Source: Candidatus Bathyarchaeota archaeon (GTDB taxonomy: Archaea > Thermoproteota > Bathyarchaeia > Bathyarchaeales > Bathycorpusculaceae). Taken from it: a stretch of 64,000 nt of DNA. The position numbers and the translations under genes are program-made. Below, one piece after another: positions 59,860 through 64,000 of the stretch. Where the stretch lies: NCBI GenBank assembly GCA_963707955.1, contig OY970176.1, positions 928,001-992,000 of the forward strand. The letters are read 5' to 3'. Below the pieces are notes generated by a model. It saw only the letters and a program-made list of their open reading frames with translations. It searched no databases and was not told the DNA's origin. Within the stretch, counting starts at the first letter, position 1. Each line of letters opens with the position of its first letter.

Positions 59860-61008
59860 GTGAGCTTCGATTTCAAGCGAAGACTAGTCAGCCTTCAAGA
59901 AAGGATGGAAGAGCTCGACTTAGACCTAGTCGTGTACGGGTCATGCCAGAATTTTCAATATTTGACAGGACTCTTGTTCGACTGGCGTCATGGAACAGAC
60001 CTTGCAAGCCAAGCAAACAACGTCTTTGTTCCCAGAAAGGGGCGGCCGATTCTCACGCTCGGCGAGGAATGGTCAAAACAAGCTGCTCAGACCTGGGTAA
60101 AAGAAGTCAGGACGCTAGAAGAGAAAGACAGTTTTGAGAAACTGATTCGAAAAGTCATATCGGACTTGGGATTGAACGTGAAGAAAGTTGGAATTGGAGA
60201 CCATGTCTGGGGATCAACCGTCATAGAAATCGCAAAAGCGGTGAAAAGCAGGGTTTTCTGCAAAGCTGAACATCTCATGGACCATGTTAGAATGATCAAG
60301 GATTCTGGAGAAGTTTGTAAGCTGAGGAAAGTCGCAGAGTTGACCGACAAAGCGGTCGAGGCAGCCACGCAGAAGATTAAGAATGGTGTGACTCAGCGAC
60401 AGATGCAGATCGAGGTTGAGTTTGCAGGCAGACGTTTGGGGGCGTCGGACGTTTCCTTCCCAGCTACGGTTGGCTTCGTCAAGTCTGGGTCTAAGATCTC
60501 GCTAAACCCGTTTACCTACCCAAAAGAGAAAGGTTTGGTGCCTAGTACTTCGATAGCTTTTGACGTAGGGTTTGCGCTTGACGGGTACTGCTCCGACTTT
60601 GGAAGAAGCTTCTACTTTGGACCTGCTGGCAGCGAGGTGAAGAAGGGATACCAAGCTTTGCAACAGTCAGTTGTCGAAACGGTGGAAAAAATGAGGGAAG
60701 GAAGCATGCGTGTCTGCGACGTCTTCCCAGCAATAGAAAAGACGCTGGACAGATTGGGCTACGGCGATTACTTACGCGCTCGTTTACAAACGAAATCAGT
60801 CGGACACAACATTGGTGTTGAAGTGCATGAGCCCCCATGGCTGAGTCCCGACTATGGCGAAAGACTGCAATCGAACATGGTAATGGCTTTGGAGCCTAAG
60901 GTCTGGCACAAAGGCGAATACTACCTTCGAGTGGAAGATATGGTACTAGTGGGGCCACGAAAGACCGAGTTCTTGACAAAGTTCGACAGAAAACTCTTCC
61001 AGTTATAG
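59860..61008 (+). CDS. Xaa-Pro aminopeptidase, M24 family
   Basis: NFQYLTG, RMIK, DVG...GYCSD, GHNIG.EVHE.P, EP, RVED. Confidence 0.9.
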   Translation: MSFDFKRRLVSLQERMEELDLDLVVYGSCQNFQYLTGLLFDWRHGTDLASQANNVFVPRKGRPILTLGEEWSKQAAQTWVKEVRTLEEKDSFEKLIRKVISDLGLNVKKVGIGDHVWGSTVIEIAKAVKSRVFCKAEHLMDHVRMIKDSGEVCKLRKVAELTDKAVEAATQKIKNGVTQRQMQIEVEFAGRRLGASDVSFPATVGFVKSGSKISLNPFTYPKEKGLVPSTSIAFDVGFALDGYCSDFGRSFYFGPAGSEVKKGYQALQQSVVETVEKMREGSMRVCDVFPAIEKTLDRLGYGDYLRARLQTKSVGHNIGVEVHEPPWLSPDYGERLQSNMVMALEPKVWHKGEYYLRVEDMVLVGPRKTEFLTKFDRKLFQL

Positions 61009-61020
61009 CGCGCGCTAGGT

Positions 61021-62217
61021 TTATCCGAAGTTCGTTAAAGCTAGGACTATGTCAGCCAAGTCTATTCTGCCGTCATGGTTCAAATCGCAGTCAGGGTTCC
61101 ATCTTGGATGACCTGGATACGAACCGAAGGCGTTCACTAACATCATAACGTCTTGCATGTCAACTTTTCCGTCGCCGTTGACGTCTCCCAACAGGGTGAT
61201 CCTCAACGTGCCGTCGACTAGAAGATTGTTGGCTACGTTGGTTTCTCCAGGAACAGGCTCTGCATAAGCGCTTATGGTATAGTTGCCTACGGCAAAGCCA
61301 GTGGTGTTCCACGTGAACGTGACTGTCATAGAGTTGCTGGCCGTTAACGTAACGTTTTCTGATCCTACTATGGTTGCGTTGGCGTATGCCGTGACGTTGA
61401 AGGTTTCAGTGTAGCCGCCCTGGTTTGCCACTGTGACGTTTATGTCGGCGCTGAAGCCTTCTTCAACCACAGTCTTAGAAAGGGCAATATCGGTGACGGC
61501 TACATCATGTCCAGGTTGAAACTCGTAAACAAAGTTCCCCGTGTTTACCGCGGGAAGTTCCCACCCGCTTGGCCAATAGTAGAGACCCATCCAAGCTGGA
61601 TCGAACGTGAACGATGAACTCACTTGCGTGTTTGTGCTGTTCACTTGCGCTATTATTCTAAACTCTATCTGCACCAGTGTACCGGTTCCGTTGAAGGTCC
61701 ATATTGGAGTGCCTTGTATAAATGCGGCACCGACGTCGACCTCTTGATAAGTGCTGTTATAGGTGATGAGTTGTTCTGCCGGAACTATCACGTCACTTGC
61801 GGCTGCAACGGCTCCAGCGAAGACGTTGTCTGGTGGAAGCCAATATCCGACGTATTGCAGTGCGGTGTCCTTGAACACCAAACCTGCGCCCCATCCCCAC
61901 AGGCTTTCCGCATTCGTTACGGTGAGGTTTACGAAGAATGTGGAACCTGAAGATGTTTCGTTGGAATAGAATACGAAATCTGGAGTTCCAACGTATCGAA
62001 CAGTGGATGAAGCATTCCATGCGGATGGGTTACTCGCAGGCCCAGGATTCAAGATACTAATACTCGGATTGTCGGTCGCGTGAACGCGCCTAACCAGTTG
62101 AATGTTGAATGCAAATGTTAACGTGCTTATTACGAACAAAAATAGCATTACTGCAGAAACAGTCTTCCTAAACAACCTAATCCCTTCCTCAAACTCTAAA
62201 TCAACACTTTCTCTCAT
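61021..62217 (-). CDS. secreted cohesin-like + CARDB + dockerin protein
   Basis: FFVNLTV...GTGTLVQIEF cohesin-like; HDVAV..VTVANQG..ETFNVT..FTWNTT CARDB; GDVNGDGKVD...DLNHDGRID dockerin; start uncertain. Confidence 0.85.
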   Translation of the reverse strand: MRESVDLEFEEGIRLFRKTVSAVMLFLFVISTLTFAFNIQLVRRVHATDNPSISILNPGPASNPSAWNASSTVRYVGTPDFVFYSNETSSGSTFFVNLTVTNAESLWGWGAGLVFKDTALQYVGYWLPPDNVFAGAVAAASDVIVPAEQLITYNSTYQEVDVGAAFIQGTPIWTFNGTGTLVQIEFRIIAQVNSTNTQVSSSFTFDPAWMGLYYWPSGWELPAVNTGNFVYEFQPGHDVAVTDIALSKTVVEEGFSADINVTVANQGGYTETFNVTAYANATIVGSENVTLTASNSMTVTFTWNTTGFAVGNYTISAYAEPVPGETNVANNLLVDGTLRITLLGDVNGDGKVDMQDVMMLVNAFGSYPGHPRWNPDCDLNHDGRIDLADIVLALTNFG

Positions 62218-62435
62218 AAAGGTTTATGAAAGAAACTTCCATAAGCAGCCTCATCGACAATTGTCGTTCATACCAACCGTTCTGCTGAAACCAGCCTTCA
62301 TACGCGCTCAGAAATCTAGCGCGCGCTCTGTCTTGGCAGGCAATAGATTGCGCAATAAAAGTGCAATCAATTGAGACATAAGCGCGAAAATATAATAACG
62401 GGCGAAGATCATAGCTTTTACAGGCACGTTCTACC

Positions 62436-63962
62436 ATGCAAGTGAATACTATTGAGAATGCGGTGCTTTCAGTCGCGGTTAACCCGATTCTCAAGCGCCT
62501 AGTGAGTAGTTTCGACGAAGAATGCCCCGAGCATGGAAGCCTACTTTTAAACTCCCTTAAGGATTTCTTAGGAGAACAGGTGGAACTATGCCCACGATGT
62601 CAACGGATAAGCCGCAACATCGCTAGGCCATTTTACGAAGTTGGAAGTCGCCTCCTTCGAGTGGACAAGGGATTCATGAGAAAACAGTTTCTGAAAGACC
62701 AGTATGGTGGGGCATGGTTCAGAGGCTTCGGTTTGATGATGAAGGCAGTTGAAAAGTACGGTGTACACATACCTTTCACGCCTGCAGGACCGTTCGAAAT
62801 CGTTTGGAACGTCACATACCAATGCAATCTGCGATGCAAACACTGTTACGAGAACGCGGGAGGAAAAAACCGTACAGAACTTTCAACAGACGAAGCTTTA
62901 CAAGTCGTAGACAAGTTTTCCAACATAGCCGGCATAGGTTTGCCCGCGTTGTCCTTCAGCGGCGGCGAACCTCTGGTGAGAAAAGACTTCTTTGACGTCG
63001 TAGCCTACGCTAGGAAACGTATACCTTACGTAAGCATAGCGTCGAATGGAACCCTCATGACGAAAGACAACGCGAAAAGGATCAAAGACGCCGGCGTGGA
63101 CTACGTTGAAATAAGCGTTGACGCAGCAACACCGCAGCTACATGACACTTTCCGAGGCATACCAGGAGCCTTCGAGAGGACAATGTTAGGCGTGAAAAAC
63201 TGTGCCGAAGAGGGCATAGACACATGTATTGCAACGGTCCTGCACAGGGACAATTTTGCGGAGACAGAAAAGATCATAGGATTAGCCAAAGAAATGGGCT
63301 TGAGGTTCATGCACTTCAACTATATTCCGACTGGCAGAGCAAAAGAGCACGTGGAACTGGATTTGACGCCAGACGAGAGGCTTCACGTGTTGCAGTTGCT
63401 GGGAAAGGAAATAACGGGTCTGTATTTACAGGCGAAAGAAGAAGAACTCAAGTCTGGAAAGTCAAACGTCAAGGTTGACAGGTTTTTCAGCACATGCCCA
63501 CAATATGCCCCTGTGACGAAAGAGCTCTCACGTCAAATAGGTGAGAAATTCTTGGTTGAAGCCCATTACGCAGCAAAAAAAGGCGTTGAAAACACAGCCA
63601 ACTTTCTGGGCGGGTGTGGGGCGGCCCGATTGTACTGTTGCCTCGAACCGAACGGCGACATAAAACCATGCGTGTTTTTCCCAACCAACGAACGCAATGT
63701 CGTCGGCAACGTGCTGAAAGACAGTTTCGAAGAGATATGGGATCGCAACCCGCTTTTTTGGAAACTGCGAACAAGAGAAAATCTGGAAACCTACGTTGTT
63801 AATGGCAAAGCCGTGGGATGCGGCAAGTGTCCAGACAAGTACATCTGCGGAGGATGTCGAGCAAGAGCCTACAGTTACTTCGGCGGAAATGTGGATGCAC
63901 CAGACATAGGGTGTGTGCACAACAAAGCTCTGTGGAACAAGATGGTAGTCGACAAAACGTGA
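62436..63962 (+). CDS. radical SAM/SPASM protein (candidate Gms-like lipid-modifying enzyme)
   Basis: CNLRCKHC, SGGEP, SPASM GCGA...PC...CGKC....ICGGCRARA. Confidence 0.88.
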   Translation: MQVNTIENAVLSVAVNPILKRLVSSFDEECPEHGSLLLNSLKDFLGEQVELCPRCQRISRNIARPFYEVGSRLLRVDKGFMRKQFLKDQYGGAWFRGFGLMMKAVEKYGVHIPFTPAGPFEIVWNVTYQCNLRCKHCYENAGGKNRTELSTDEALQVVDKFSNIAGIGLPALSFSGGEPLVRKDFFDVVAYARKRIPYVSIASNGTLMTKDNAKRIKDAGVDYVEISVDAATPQLHDTFRGIPGAFERTMLGVKNCAEEGIDTCIATVLHRDNFAETEKIIGLAKEMGLRFMHFNYIPTGRAKEHVELDLTPDERLHVLQLLGKEITGLYLQAKEEELKSGKSNVKVDRFFSTCPQYAPVTKELSRQIGEKFLVEAHYAAKKGVENTANFLGGCGAARLYCCLEPNGDIKPCVFFPTNERNVVGNVLKDSFEEIWDRNPLFWKLRTRENLETYVVNGKAVGCGKCPDKYICGGCRARAYSYFGGNVDAPDIGCVHNKALWNKMVVDKT

Positions 63963-64000
63963 CTCTTGCGCAACGCGCGCAGGAAGCAGTTCGCAACAGA

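Noticed and set aside
315-63996. Numerous short antisense or nested ORFs in the six-frame track
   Set aside because: They are shadows of well-supported genes with no independent motifs.
1-64000. CRISPR array, rRNA, integrase or transposase genes
   Set aside because: No regularly spaced repeats, cas motifs, rRNA-like sequence or recombinase motifs were seen.

Overview
Archaeal genomic window, most likely Bathyarchaeia (inferred from archaeal-type AlaRS/LeuRS/HisRS, TiaS, Tsr3, EndA, aEF-2, an intron-containing tRNA and dockerin/CARDB surface proteins). Housekeeping blocks (about 19-33 kb, 42-54 kb, 55-61 kb) alternate with small accessory modules: arsenic methylation, a two-component system, a metal ABC transporter plus an orphan DNA methyltransferase, dTDP-sugar genes and secreted proteins. 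Main observations: (1) alternating (GC)n tracts, often TAGCGCGCGC, sit at the boundaries of accessory modules; (2) a ~184-bp element occurs twice in inverted orientation (41788-41971 and 54330-54513) with a near-identical G-rich, palindrome-containing core; (3) six genes, including essential leuS, carry single-base frameshifts, five repaired by removing the extra A from AG[A]CY, which suggests a modification-linked sequencing signature; (4) a complete archaeal NHEJ operon (Pol, Ku, Lig-PE fusion, DUF72); (5) a Cys-rich TrmB-family regulator with a perfect operator palindrome divergent from cmd-arsM, apparently in place of ArsR; (6) a tRNA-Arg(UCU) with two BHB introns; (7) a structured leader before an atypical EF-2. 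No CRISPR array, rRNA or transposase was seen. All family assignments come from motif recognition, not database searches.
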